From Bacillales bacterium UBA2253 (lineage in GTDB: Bacteria; Bacillota_I; Bacilli_A; ML615J-28; CAG-698): a stretch of DNA of 43,639 nucleotides. The position numbers and the translations under genes were made by a program. The notes under the pieces are model-generated. The model was not told where the DNA came from. It ran no database searches and saw only the letters and a list, made by a program, of their open reading frames with translations. The stretch covers positions 1-43,639 of the forward strand of contig DDXT01000071.1 in the NCBI GenBank assembly GCA_002347755.1. Reading direction: 5' to 3'. This document shows, piece after piece, positions 19,438 to 28,967 of this stretch (its first letter is position 1; each line of letters begins with the position of its first letter).

Positions 19438-20709
19438 TTATAAGATGTCCATTCCGGGGAGTTTAACGTATTTCGGCCCTTGGTAATTGGCCACTTTGGT
19501 CTTTTCTTTGGACAGGATGATGTTCTTCAAGCATTTATCGATGTTTCCGCTGAAAGACAGACCGCTCACCGGCATATACTCCCGGCCGTCATAATAAAGA
19601 GCCAATCTTACTTCTCCGCCGATGTAGCCGCTGTACATTTCAATTTGGATCCCTGAAAGGGCGATGATCTCCAAATGCGGTTTGCGACACATTCTGGCCA
19701 GAGTCGTGGAGCCTTTTTCGACTTCGATCGTATCCATGATCCCGGTCGGTTCCAAATTCAGGTATTGGCCGTATTGATTGCTTCCGTAATAGCTGGCCAA
19801 GATGCCGTTGGCGATGACGTCAACCGGTTTTAAGATGATTCCGTCTTTATCAAAAGCATCGGCTTTGGATGACGGAACGTAAGCGATCTTCAAAAGATCG
19901 CCTTCCGCGTCTTTTTGAATGTCATCAAAAATCTTCTTGTCCGTATTTTGCTTATAAACGCTGACATAAGAATAATCCTCGATCAGGGTTTTGAAGAATT
20001 CCTGCACGTCAAGGTCTTTCAAGACAACGTCAAGGTTGGTAACGCCCTTGATTTTTTCCGCGCCGTAACGGGCGGTGACTTCCTTTAAAGCGGTGACCGC
20101 ATCGTCTTTGATGGCTTCAAAATCAATGGTCTTATAGGTATAGTATTTGTACAACTCGACTTTTTGGCGGTCGCCGTCATAGGACGGAATGGCTTCAACA
20201 TTGACTTGGTACAAAGTTTTGGAAAGATCAACGCCTTGGGAGTTGACGACATGAGTCGTCGTTTTATTGCAAAACAGTTCCAAAGCATTGAATTTCGCCT
20301 GCTCGCTGGATTCGCTTATAAAGACATTGGCGATTTGGTCAAGCAAAGCGAAAGGCGGCCATTCGTATTCTTTTTCTTTCCAGGATTTTCTTTTTGCGCC
20401 TTTAACCAGGTTATAGGCTTTGTTCTTGATGAACTTGGAAGCAAAGACCGCTTCCGAGATCTTCTCCGCCAATTCATTCTTTCGCATTTTATGGCTGACT
20501 GCAAAAGACGAAGAGCCCAGATAATCGACGCCGTTTTCAGCGAACCGATGATAGACGGTCACCAAGTATTCGCAGGTGTTGGCGACTCTCGTTGTCTCCA
20601 GTCTTTGCAAAACATAGAAAGCCTGGCTGCTTTCGATGGCGGTTTCGCTGATCAGCCAATCGGTTACTTCAACGTTTTCTCGTAAACTTTTGATTATTTG
20701 TTTGATCAT
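19438..20709 (-). CDS. pmbA: PmbA/TldE-family metalloprotease partner
   Basis: 423 aa from ATG 20709 (GGTGA upstream). The start forms an ATGA overlap with the tldD stop. It has the size and position of a TldD paralog and lacks the HExxxH motif. Confidence 0.75.
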   Translation of the reverse strand: MIKQIIKSLRENVEVTDWLISETAIESSQAFYVLQRLETTRVANTCEYLVTVYHRFAENGVDYLGSSSFAVSHKMRKNELAEKISEAVFASKFIKNKAYNLVKGAKRKSWKEKEYEWPPFALLDQIANVFISESSEQAKFNALELFCNKTTTHVVNSQGVDLSKTLYQVNVEAIPSYDGDRQKVELYKYYTYKTIDFEAIKDDAVTALKEVTARYGAEKIKGVTNLDVVLKDLDVQEFFKTLIEDYSYVSVYKQNTDKKIFDDIQKDAEGDLLKIAYVPSSKADAFDKDGIILKPVDVIANGILASYYGSNQYGQYLNLEPTGIMDTIEVEKGSTTLARMCRKPHLEIIALSGIQIEMYSGYIGGEVRLALYYDGREYMPVSGLSFSGNIDKCLKNIILSKEKTKVANYQGPKYVKLPGMDIL

Positions 20710-22112
20710 CCGATTTTCACCTTTGCTTTCAGGCATGGGCCGCCGTCGCTGACCCGCACCGATTCTTTATATCCCTTTCCGCAGGATCCGCTGCCAACGA
20801 CGTTAAAGTCCTTGGAAACGGCGCTGATGGAATTAAGCAGATCGATGACGTATCCGCTCATGACGACCGGAGAAACGATCTTTCCGGTAAACTCGCCGTT
20901 TTTGATTTCCCGGCCATAATGCGCCGCGCACTGGATTCCCCAGTTTTTCGGGTCTTCCATGCCGTTGTTGGTCGTGGAAATGAAATATCCGTATTCAATG
21001 CTTTTGATCATGTCCTCAACTTTGGAAGTCCCGCGTTCAAAGAAGGTATTGGTCATTCGGGTATAAGTTTTGCGTTTGTATGACTCGCGGCGGCCGTTTC
21101 CGGTTGGCTCGGTTCCCAGTTGCAAAGCGCTCAGGGCATCGGAGATCCCGCTGACCAAAATGCCTTTGTCGATGATCTTGGTATCATGGGCCAAAACGCC
21201 GTCGTCATCAAAGAAATACGAAGCGACGCTGAAAGCCGCATCGGCTCCGTCATGCATGCTGACCAAAGGCGATGCCACCCGCAGGTTCATGAACTCTTTG
21301 GCTTGAGCGCGGTCGCGAACAAACATGTCCATTTCCACGCCGTGTCCGAACGCTTCGTGGGCAATCAACCCAGTGATCGACGGATCAGTAACGATGTCAT
21401 AAAATCCCGGGGTTGGCGTTACCGAATCAAGCAGTTCCAAGCCTAGTTTGGCGGTAGTCTCTAGAGATGCCTTTAAATCGGCCAATCCTTTTTCGATGGA
21501 ATTGATCCCGAATCCGTCATAAGCATAGCGAGTGTTGTTGTCTCTTCGCGTCAATACGAACGCCCGCGGATTGCTCCAGGTGTAATATTGTTCCAAATCT
21601 TTGGCTTTGGATATGAACATCTTGGAGATCTCGGTGTTTTCGATGCTGCACCGGGCATTGACGATCAGCGGTGAAGTCTTTAGCGTTTCTTCAACATAAC
21701 CTTTCAGGATCTCAATGATCTTATCGGTGGAATAAACCAACCCTTTGTTCTTTCGAACAAAGGTCTTGGTCAGAGGTTCTTCTTTCAGGACTTGGACCTT
21801 GACGTTTGATATCGATCCTTTTTCCGAAGTCAGCTGATTGATCTTTTCGATGATCTCGGGAAGATTCTTCTCTTCGATCTCGTTGGTCGAATATTCGCTG
21901 TACACGGCGTCATTGAAAACTTTGACGACAAATCCCGATTCGGTGATCCCGCTCGGAACAACGTTCGTCGAAGTCTTGTCCACCACGATGTTCACTCCGG
22001 ACACATCGGTAGCCAAGACGCTCACATACGAATATTTCTCGCCAAGCAAATCGATCAGTTTTTGGATAATCGGTTTTTTGCCTTTTAAATATTTAGAAAA
22101 TTTGCCTGTCAT
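20706..22112 (-). CDS. tldD: TldD-family metalloprotease
   Basis: 468 aa from ATG 22112 (GGAGG 6 nt upstream). Contains the HEAFGHGVEMD zinc-binding motif characteristic of TldD. Confidence 0.85.
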   Translation of the reverse strand: MTGKFSKYLKGKKPIIQKLIDLLGEKYSYVSVLATDVSGVNIVVDKTSTNVVPSGITESGFVVKVFNDAVYSEYSTNEIEEKNLPEIIEKINQLTSEKGSISNVKVQVLKEEPLTKTFVRKNKGLVYSTDKIIEILKGYVEETLKTSPLIVNARCSIENTEISKMFISKAKDLEQYYTWSNPRAFVLTRRDNNTRYAYDGFGINSIEKGLADLKASLETTAKLGLELLDSVTPTPGFYDIVTDPSITGLIAHEAFGHGVEMDMFVRDRAQAKEFMNLRVASPLVSMHDGADAAFSVASYFFDDDGVLAHDTKIIDKGILVSGISDALSALQLGTEPTGNGRRESYKRKTYTRMTNTFFERGTSKVEDMIKSIEYGYFISTTNNGMEDPKNWGIQCAAHYGREIKNGEFTGKIVSPVVMSGYVIDLLNSISAVSKDFNVVGSGSCGKGYKESVRVSDGGPCLKAKVKIG

Positions 22113-22179
22113 TATTTTTCCTCCATGGCAATACTTTACCATAAATCGGGGTTTCATTCAAGGAATAATCAAAAATAGC

Positions 22180-22213
22180 CTAAAAAAAGAAAAACCCGAA
22201 TCTTTTCGGGTTT
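22180..22213 (-). terminator. Rho-independent terminator after the adenine deaminase gene
   Basis: AAACCCGAA-tctt-TTCGGGTTT (22192-22213). On the minus strand it is followed by TTCTTTTTTT. Confidence 0.75.
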
Positions 22214-22244
22214 ATTGGCCTCAGTTTTTTTGATCAAATAATGA

Positions 22245-23975
22245 TCATAGAAACTTTTGGGACATGACATCAAAGATTCCTCGGGTGGTGATGCGAAGCG
22301 TCGGGATCACCGGCAAACTTAAGAAGGATAAAGTCATGAGCGGATCAATGCCTTTGGATACTCCCAAGGCATAAGCTTGTTCTTTGACGTTTTCCAACTC
22401 TTTGTTAACAATCTGAAGCGGCCGATTGCTCATTAAGCCGGCGATCTCCAGGGCTACTTCGCCTAAGACCTTCCCGGCGTTCACGACGACCATTCCCCCG
22501 TTGTTGGAAATGATGCGATCGACGGCGGTCTTCATGTCTTCGTCATGGCAACCCACCACGATGATGTTGTGCGAATCATGAGAAACGCTGGTAGCAATCG
22601 CTCCTTGTTTCAATCCGTAACCAGTAACAAAACCTAAGCCGATGTGATGGGTGGCTTTATGTCTTTCAATGACCGCGATCTTTAAAATGCCCTTTGTCAC
22701 ATCAACATTGTTAGCCAGACCGCAGTTTTTGGTGACGATCTCGTTATTGATCAGGCCGATGACGCCGGCCGGTTTCTTTAAGATGAAATCCGCTTTGGTG
22801 ATCTTTCCGACATGAAAAGTGTGTAAAGCCTTCTCGGTCAAAACCGGATCAATGATCGGATTGTCAAATTCCAGGGTCTTTCCGTCAAAAACCAGTTTGC
22901 CTTTTTTGAAGACTTTTTCGATGTTGAAATCTTTAAGGCTGCCTATTACCACCAGGTCGGCCAAATAACCGGGAGCAATGGCGCCTTTGTTATTTAACAA
23001 AAAATACCGGGCCGCATGATAACTGGCGGCTTTAAGGGCAATGATGGGATCGACTCCGTTTTTAAGAGCTTCTTTGATGATGAAATCAATGTGCCCGCCA
23101 TTAAGCAGATCCCCCGGATGTTTGTCATCGGTGGCAAACATGCACCGGGAATTATAACGTTCGCTAAGCAGCGGCAAAAGAGCTTTTAAGTTGTGAGCGG
23201 CGGTTCCTTCCCGGATCATGATGGACTGCCCTTTTTGCAATTTTTCCAAAGCATTTTCAAAAGTGGAACATTCATGATCGGAATAAACGCCGGCGGTAAT
23301 GTAAGCGTTCAGGTCTTTTCCGGACAGATCCGGAGCATGACCGTCGATTTTCTTGTGATGGCCTTGGGAAGCCAGAATTTTGGAAACATCGTTGGCATCC
23401 TGATTGATGACGCCAACAAAGTCCATCATCTCGGCCAACCCCAGGACTTTCGGATTGTCATAAAACCGGTCGATGGCTTTGAAATCCAGGACCGCCCCGC
23501 TTTCGTCCAGCGGCGTCGCCGGCACACAGGAAGGAAGCATGAAATGGACATCGATCGGAAGTCCTTCGGTAGCTTGCAGCATGTACTCGATGCCGTCGGT
23601 TCCCATGACATTGGCGATCTCATGCGGATCGGTTATGACCGTCGTCGTCCCATGGGGAACAACGGCTTTCGCGAATTCCTTGGGACTGACCAGCGAACTT
23701 TCCAAATGAATGTGCGAATCAATGAATCCGGGAACAACCAGTTTCCCCTCAAGGTCAATCTCGACCTTTCCGGAATAGTCCCCCATTCCCACGATCAAAC
23801 CGTCTGATACCGCAATGTCCGCCCGAATGAACTCATTGGAAAAGACATTCAGGTAGTTGGCGTTTTTCAGCACCAAATCAGCGATTTCATCGCCTTTCGC
23901 AATCCGGATGGCTTTTTGTTTTTTCTCGATTTTTCGCCCGACACGCTCTTCGATAGTCTCGTTTTCTTTGCTCAT
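22245..23975 (-). CDS. ade: Adenine deaminase
   Basis: 576 aa from ATG 23975 (GGGTGA upstream). Amidohydrolase motif VVPGFIDSHIHLESS, and overall length and layout matching AdeC/Ade enzymes. Confidence 0.85.
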   Translation of the reverse strand: MSKENETIEERVGRKIEKKQKAIRIAKGDEIADLVLKNANYLNVFSNEFIRADIAVSDGLIVGMGDYSGKVEIDLEGKLVVPGFIDSHIHLESSLVSPKEFAKAVVPHGTTTVITDPHEIANVMGTDGIEYMLQATEGLPIDVHFMLPSCVPATPLDESGAVLDFKAIDRFYDNPKVLGLAEMMDFVGVINQDANDVSKILASQGHHKKIDGHAPDLSGKDLNAYITAGVYSDHECSTFENALEKLQKGQSIMIREGTAAHNLKALLPLLSERYNSRCMFATDDKHPGDLLNGGHIDFIIKEALKNGVDPIIALKAASYHAARYFLLNNKGAIAPGYLADLVVIGSLKDFNIEKVFKKGKLVFDGKTLEFDNPIIDPVLTEKALHTFHVGKITKADFILKKPAGVIGLINNEIVTKNCGLANNVDVTKGILKIAVIERHKATHHIGLGFVTGYGLKQGAIATSVSHDSHNIIVVGCHDEDMKTAVDRIISNNGGMVVVNAGKVLGEVALEIAGLMSNRPLQIVNKELENVKEQAYALGVSKGIDPLMTLSFLSLPVIPTLRITTRGIFDVMSQKFL

Positions 23976-24014
23976 GATCGATTCACCCTTATCATATTTC
24001 ATTTTATTACCCAT

Positions 24015-24044
24015 ATTGTACCATAAATAATTTAAAAACAACAA
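24015..24044 (-). promoter_or_regulatory. Putative promoter of ade with an extended -10
   Basis: Minus strand TTGTTG (24039-24044), 18 nt, then TG-G-TACAAT (24015-24023). Confidence 0.35.
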
Positions 24045-24097
24045 CAATGGGTTTTAAAAGCTTGGAATGAAGCCATGAGATGGCCTTTTAAAGAAGA

Positions 24098-24132
24098 GGC
24101 TCAAGCAGGGGAGAAAGTCACCCGCTTGAGCC
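24098..24132 (-). terminator. Hairpin that may terminate the 142-aa membrane protein gene
   Basis: GGCTCAAGC ... GCTTGAGCC, a 9-bp stem with a 17-nt loop that has internal GGG/CCC pairing. The minus-strand tail TCTTCTTT is only moderately T-rich. Confidence 0.4.
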
Positions 24133-24150
24133 CAATTTGCAACATCTTGA

Positions 24151-24579
24151 TTATTCCATTAGTTCGTTAACTTTTTCAAATTCTTTCCGGAATTTTTCGA
24201 CGAAATATCCTTTTCGCTCCAGTATTTCATATATGGCTTCGGGTCCATTGCGACCCATGCGTTCTACATATGCCCATTCTTCTTCGGTAAATGAATCTAT
24301 CCATTCTTTAGGGACTTTCGCAAAAGCTCGAAAAGGATTAGTTTTTCCATAACTCCATTTTTCGATTTTGTATGGCTTATTTGGTTTTTTTCTAAATCGA
24401 TAAATGAAGTTACAGGTCACCAGGCCAAGTATGACCGCTCCCTGAACAGTGAATATGGTCCAAAACATCCATTTCGGAAAGGTATTTGGAAACAATTCAT
24501 ATAAAAGAGCAATCACAAAAATTGCCACAAAAAATATGAGAAAAATTGTCTTTAGGGTATCTGTGATTTTGCTTTTCAT
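24151..24579 (-). CDS. Hypothetical two-TM membrane protein
   Basis: 142-aa ORF with two hydrophobic helices and a charged C-terminal domain. No family recognised. Confidence 0.5.
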   Translation of the reverse strand: MKSKITDTLKTIFLIFFVAIFVIALLYELFPNTFPKWMFWTIFTVQGAVILGLVTCNFIYRFRKKPNKPYKIEKWSYGKTNPFRAFAKVPKEWIDSFTEEEWAYVERMGRNGPEAIYEILERKGYFVEKFRKEFEKVNELME

Positions 24580-24647
24580 TTTCTTTCTCTCTCTTTCACT
24601 GCCTTTGTTGAAAGAATAAAGTACATTCAGAATTGTACTTTTGAAAT

Positions 24648-25352
24648 CTACAGTTGAATGTCAAACCATTCCATCGTTAATTGGTCGACGTAGGTACCGC
24701 CGCTATCGGTTCCGACGATGGCATTGATTACATAAAACTTTAAAGTCACCGCCTCGTTGCTGATTTCATAGTCCCACAAATAAATTCCGGTGACATCGCT
24801 GTTTAAGACAAAGGGATCAATGCTGACAACGCCCAGCGCCGCACAGGCGGCATTAACCAATTGCTCGAAAACTAAAATGGTTGATTCATACTGGATATTA
24901 TAGGAGAATCCCTCTTCTATTTGCTCATCGGTTAGGGTTTCCAGGTTGGTAATTCTAATCATTTGTTTCCCATAGTCATCGGATTGTGGATCGTTGGGAA
25001 TAACCAAAGATAATTTAAAATAGTTGCAACCCGTTGATTCGCAGTAAGCAATGAAATCTTGTTTTTGATTTTCGTTCAATAGGCCTAAAGCCAGCAAATC
25101 ATCCTTCATGAGCAACCTGGTATCACTATTGAGCGGCTGGTTGATTCTAGCCATTTCCTCCGCACCTATTCCGCTAATGGATAAATCATTTGAAAATCTA
25201 TTGACGCCAAAGGCAATGAAATCATAATCAAACGAATCATCATAGTTCTTTAATGGACTAATGTTACCCCCATTAAAATCCGGTCCTTTGTCACAAGCAA
25301 CTAGTCCGAAGGCCATTAAACTCATCAGTGCCAACATAATCTTTTTTTTCAT
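24648..25352 (-). CDS. Lipoprotein of unknown function
   Basis: Signal peptide plus lipobox MKKKIMLALMSLMAFGLVAC. 234 aa, starting 10 nt downstream of the peptidase-like gene. Confidence 0.65.
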   Translation of the reverse strand: MKKKIMLALMSLMAFGLVACDKGPDFNGGNISPLKNYDDSFDYDFIAFGVNRFSNDLSISGIGAEEMARINQPLNSDTRLLMKDDLLALGLLNENQKQDFIAYCESTGCNYFKLSLVIPNDPQSDDYGKQMIRITNLETLTDEQIEEGFSYNIQYESTILVFEQLVNAACAALGVVSIDPFVLNSDVTGIYLWDYEISNEAVTLKFYVINAIVGTDSGGTYVDQLTMEWFDIQL

Positions 25353-25361
25353 ATATTCCCC

Positions 25362-27218
25362 TTACACCAAAAACTTTTCCAAATCTTCGTCTTTTTTCAT
25401 GATGATCATGATTCCCCCGCCATCCATTTGATATCCGCATAACCCGCAATAGGTTGGATCGTTTGGATCAATCGGAGGAATTCCAACATGCGGCCTAAAA
25501 ACGAAACTTCCGCATGAACAATAAGCTTTATGAGTGGTAGTTGAATAGGCTACATAGCGATACGTATACGCATGAGTATGGGTTGTATGATATCCGCAAA
25601 CGGTACAGTCATTATAAGAATTGTATGTATGCGATGCGGTTTGGGTATAACCGTTGCAGCAGCTTAAGGTATGAGTAGTACTGTTATAAGATGAAACGGT
25701 CGCAGGAACCGAACAGTAGACATTTAAGTTGCAGATGGTGCATTTTCGGTAGTGCGAAGAGGGCGTGCCATACCAAGTCGTGCCTAAGACATGATTGACA
25801 TGCGAATAATTGCACACGGTACATACTCCGTTAACAAACGAATGTTCAGTGTAAACATTCTCGCTACCACAGAAAAAACATCCTGTTAAATGATAGATTT
25901 CATCAATGGGTTTAACCTGAACATTATGATTACAAACCACCTCTCCGCCGATGCACATGATGCCATCAGCACCATTGGTACTGGTCCATTCATAATTGTA
26001 GATGGCGCTTTCATCATCATGGATGATGAAGTAAAGCACATTCTGTAAAGTGTAGTTGTTGATGTTAGTGTGAGTATATTCCCCTCTCCAACCAAAATTC
26101 ACAAATACGCCGGTATCATCATATTCATAACCAACCACGGCATGATTTAAGTAACGGTCATCCAAATCTGGGTCGGTACCGGTAAAATGAATGTACACTG
26201 GATTACCGCTGTCAATCCCGTCTCTTACCCATTGATCTCTGCTCGTAAACAACCCTTCCCAAAGGTTCCATTCTTTCTTGCTATAGTCCACCCCGGCTTG
26301 ATCTAAATAATGACTGATTAAGGTCCCGGTTTGTCCAATGTTCATGGAATTACCAACATTCATATAATCAATTGTTTCCAAAAGAAAATCATTAGAAACA
26401 CCAGGTGATTGGTTAAACGCCTCCGGCACAATACTGGACCAACTATCAAACGGCTCGGTTGGTGCAGCATTACTATCACTTATTCTTCTTGTACCCGGTA
26501 ATTCAAGCTCTTCAGAAACGATTTCATCATTATAAACAGAATCATAATATGACAAAACCATCCCCGCCGCAATAAATGAACAGGTCCCATCCACATTGAC
26601 GCCCATGTTGTATCTTAGGTTTTCATAGTAAAATGAATACGGAATTTCATGCTCGACGCTTAATGTACTTGTTTGTTCAAGTTCATAAACCGGATCGCTT
26701 TCCGGTGCTGATGGTTCCGGAGTTTCGGCCAACGCTTCCTCATTAAATCTTTCTATTCTTTCAGACTCTTTTCTGGCTAAAACCGATGCGCTCATGTTCT
26801 CGTTATATCTGGAAAACTCCTCGATCTCGAATTTGCTTACTTCTCGTTTATTGAGGACATCAAAATATTTTTCTTCGCTTTTTTCCAAATAATAGGTTGG
26901 CCCGGCATATACTTTGCTTCTCGGTAAACTGGTGTGAGCAAATGGAGATTCATCTTCGGTTGAATACTCAATATAAATTTCAAGTTCAGTATCATATATT
27001 AAATACCCAACTTCCTTACCCGTAAACAAAACATATCGATCTTCATCATTGACGCCGTCCATCACTTCGACGAATAGCTTGTCTTGTCCTAATTTTTCTA
27101 GGGCAATTTCATATCCTAATGGATATGCGCTTGGATTTTGGGCATTCACTTTTTGACTAAATCCGCTTATGGCAATGATGGAAACAATTGCCATAACCAA
27201 AAATAATACTTTCTTCAT
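25362..27218 (-). CDS. Secreted papain-fold-like cysteine peptidase candidate with a C-terminal Cys/His-rich repeat region
   Basis: Signal peptide MKKVLFLVMAIVSIIAISGFSQKVNA. Candidate catalytic Cys in DGTCSFIAAGMVLSYY and His in NHAVVGYEY. The C-terminal ~180 aa carry repeated CxxC knuckles (CFFCG, CTVCNY, CTICNL, CTVCGY, CGLCGY). Confidence 0.5.
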   Translation of the reverse strand: MKKVLFLVMAIVSIIAISGFSQKVNAQNPSAYPLGYEIALEKLGQDKLFVEVMDGVNDEDRYVLFTGKEVGYLIYDTELEIYIEYSTEDESPFAHTSLPRSKVYAGPTYYLEKSEEKYFDVLNKREVSKFEIEEFSRYNENMSASVLARKESERIERFNEEALAETPEPSAPESDPVYELEQTSTLSVEHEIPYSFYYENLRYNMGVNVDGTCSFIAAGMVLSYYDSVYNDEIVSEELELPGTRRISDSNAAPTEPFDSWSSIVPEAFNQSPGVSNDFLLETIDYMNVGNSMNIGQTGTLISHYLDQAGVDYSKKEWNLWEGLFTSRDQWVRDGIDSGNPVYIHFTGTDPDLDDRYLNHAVVGYEYDDTGVFVNFGWRGEYTHTNINNYTLQNVLYFIIHDDESAIYNYEWTSTNGADGIMCIGGEVVCNHNVQVKPIDEIYHLTGCFFCGSENVYTEHSFVNGVCTVCNYSHVNHVLGTTWYGTPSSHYRKCTICNLNVYCSVPATVSSYNSTTHTLSCCNGYTQTASHTYNSYNDCTVCGYHTTHTHAYTYRYVAYSTTTHKAYCSCGSFVFRPHVGIPPIDPNDPTYCGLCGYQMDGGGIMIIMKKDEDLEKFLV

Positions 27219-27297
27219 AAATCCTCCATTTTAAAGATACAATAAAAGCACCTTACTTTTTGTTTAATAAGGTGCTTTCCAATATGAAATTATTCGG

Positions 27298-27915
27298 TTA
27301 TTTGTTTTTATTTATCACAAACTGATAACATTGTTCGAGATCTAAGGTAAATTCTAAATAAACTTCATCAATGGTGATGAGTACCTCGATTAAATCTTCA
27401 TCCAGTTCAAAAGTATAAAAATTATTTGTTTGCCCATTGAAGATAAATTCAGAGTTTCTTATTGGCACCCCACTTGATTCAATCGTTGTTTGAATAGCTA
27501 ATGCTTCGCTTGTGTTTATTTCAAATAACAAATAGTTTAATCCTTCATCTTGAGTTATTCCAGAGGTCCCATAATAAAGCGCGATAACCAAATCCTTTTC
27601 ATCTACTAGGATTGTCTTAATTGGACTTTTAATATATTCCATGGTATTAAATCCTAAATGTTTTTCCGCAGCGCTGTACTCAGTTTCCGGATTTCTTTGT
27701 AATGCCCCATTCAGAATAAACAAAGCGGAGGATAGCATCAACAAAATAATTGATACCCCTAGCGATATTTTTGAAGGTAAAAGCCATTTTGTAGCCCGAG
27801 CTCCGTATTGATGACTTATTTGCCTTGGCTGAATTCCGATTTTATTTTTTATGAAGTTTCTTTGTTTTTCATTGTATTCTTCAATGATGAGTCTATCTGT
27901 AGCTTTCATAATCAA
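27298..27915 (-). CDS. Single-pass membrane protein, putative anti-sigma factor
   Basis: 205-aa ORF that overlaps the 3' end of the sigma factor gene by 23 nt. It has a cytoplasmic N-terminus, one TM helix (ISLGVSIILLMLSSALFIL) and an extracytoplasmic domain. The role is inferred from position only. Confidence 0.4.
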   Translation of the reverse strand: MIMKATDRLIIEEYNEKQRNFIKNKIGIQPRQISHQYGARATKWLLPSKISLGVSIILLMLSSALFILNGALQRNPETEYSAAEKHLGFNTMEYIKSPIKTILVDEKDLVIALYYGTSGITQDEGLNYLLFEINTSEALAIQTTIESSGVPIRNSEFIFNGQTNNFYTFELDEDLIEVLITIDEVYLEFTLDLEQCYQFVINKNK

Positions 27916-28423
27916 TTCTGCTCCTTATCTTTTTAATTCCTCGATCGTATTTCCCGATTACTGATGAAGTAGTCATGTTTTTTGTAACGGCAATCTCTCT
28001 AAACTTCAGATTTTGAACCAAATGCATAATAATTATTTCATAAGTTTCTCCATCCACAATGGCTTTGATTTCCGTTAATAGTTCTTCGCTTACCGTATCA
28101 GGCTTATCACTATCGTCGGTTTTAGTAGTTTCCATTTCGACATATTTTTCCATGGTCTGACGTTCTTGAATGACTTTTCGTAAATACATGTAGGCCATGT
28201 TTTTGGCAATGGTTATGCACCAATACTTAAAATTGCCCCCTCGGTACTGATCTAAATCCTCAAGAATCTTGCAAAAAACGTCGATGACTAATTCTTCGGT
28301 TACTTGGAAATTTTTAATTGTTTTATAAATGATTGAAAAGAATAGTTTATGATATTTGTTATAAAATTCATTAAATGTGGCTTCGTCTTTTTGTTTTAAG
28401 AGACTGATATCTTCCGACGTCAT
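27893..28423 (-). CDS. Sigma-70-family (ECF-like) RNA polymerase sigma factor
   Basis: 176 aa. Region-2-like segment FNEFYNKYHKLFFSIIYKTI...EELVIDVF and region-4 HTH LKFREIAVTKNMTTSSVIGKYDRGIKKIR. GGAAAGGA Shine-Dalgarno is present. Confidence 0.75.
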   Translation of the reverse strand: MTSEDISLLKQKDEATFNEFYNKYHKLFFSIIYKTIKNFQVTEELVIDVFCKILEDLDQYRGGNFKYWCITIAKNMAYMYLRKVIQERQTMEKYVEMETTKTDDSDKPDTVSEELLTEIKAIVDGETYEIIIMHLVQNLKFREIAVTKNMTTSSVIGKYDRGIKKIRSRIDYESYR

Positions 28424-28455
28424 AAACTATCCTTTCCAAATAATAAGGTGCAGAT

Positions 28456-28483
28456 TCCTTATATTTTATTTGTAATAATGTTG
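28456..28483 (-). promoter_or_regulatory. Putative promoter of the sigma factor operon
   Basis: Minus strand TTCAAC (28478-28483), 16 nt, then TATAAG (28456-28461), about 33 nt upstream of ATG 28423. Confidence 0.3.
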
Positions 28484-28756
28484 AAATATACAAAAAGGCA
28501 TTTCTATTATTAAAAATATTTTACCATAAATTTTCCTAAACAACAACAATTGGGTTGTTTTACTTTAAAATGTTCATTCTGATTCAAATTTAATGTTGAA
28601 AGAACATTTTTCACTTTTTTGTCTTGTGTCCTAATCTCCAAACATTTTTGAGGAAAAAGGGTTTCGGGATAACGTTCAAAAGAAAATGCCCTGTTCACTA
28701 ATAATTAGAAAACAGGTCATTTGGAATTTGAAAAGTCATTAATACCCCACCATTTT

Positions 28757-28930
28757 TCAAAACAGAACTTCGACTATGCAAAGAAACAGATTAAAAATAC
28801 TTTTTACAACAGTCGCAGCGAATTGAATCGTTGTGCCCAAAAAATCCAATATTGGTTTCAAATCAAAAGAACTGCTCAATAAAAAGAAAAAAAGAAAAAT
28901 CACAAAAACCCCTGGAAATATTTTTCTCAT
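28757..28930 (-). CDS. Small (57 aa) hydrophobic protein, absent from the ORF track
   Basis: GGAAAGGGGG Shine-Dalgarno 7 nt upstream of ATG 28930. Product is MRKIFPGVFVIFLFFFLLSSSFDLKPILDFLGTTIQFAATVVKSIFNLFLCIVEVLF, ending at TGA 28757-28759. Confidence 0.5.
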   Translation of the reverse strand: MRKIFPGVFVIFLFFFLLSSSFDLKPILDFLGTTIQFAATVVKSIFNLFLCIVEVLF

Positions 28931-28967
28931 TAATTTACCCCCTTTCCTATAAACTTTTCATCCTCAA

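Noticed and set aside
19369-19443. A 24-codon plus-strand ORF (MTPGDFWHQKSGDAFSPLCKFVFL) with a GGAGA upstream, considered as a possible TldD/PmbA substrate peptide.
   Set aside because: It is on the opposite strand to every neighbour, and its body is simply the pmbA terminator hairpin read as codons. There is no supporting context.
4872-23807. Many long plus-strand ORFs in the track, for example 4872-5420, 5469-6014, 10586-11041, 11937-12611, 14182-15216 (344 aa), 16095-16622, 20164-20685 and 23193-23807.
   Set aside because: All lie antisense to, and inside, well-supported minus-strand genes in the GC-richer block. Their products are low-complexity and rich in R, G and D, and they have no ribosome-binding sites. 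These are typical shadow ORFs.
23976-24150. A possible purine riboswitch in the adenine deaminase leader.
   Set aside because: I read the minus-strand leader and found none of the conserved purine-riboswitch core elements (the UAUAAU...GGAUAUGGC...UUUCUACC...CCGUAAAU-type junctions). Only a promoter-like TG-n-TACAAT is there.
28510-28698. A 62-aa ORF and several AT-rich hairpins, such as AAACAAC...GTTGTTT at about 28547-28569, between the small membrane gene and the sigma promoter.
   Set aside because: The ORF has no Shine-Dalgarno and odd composition. The hairpins have 7-bp A/T-rich stems and no clear U-tract, so they are not convincing as terminators.
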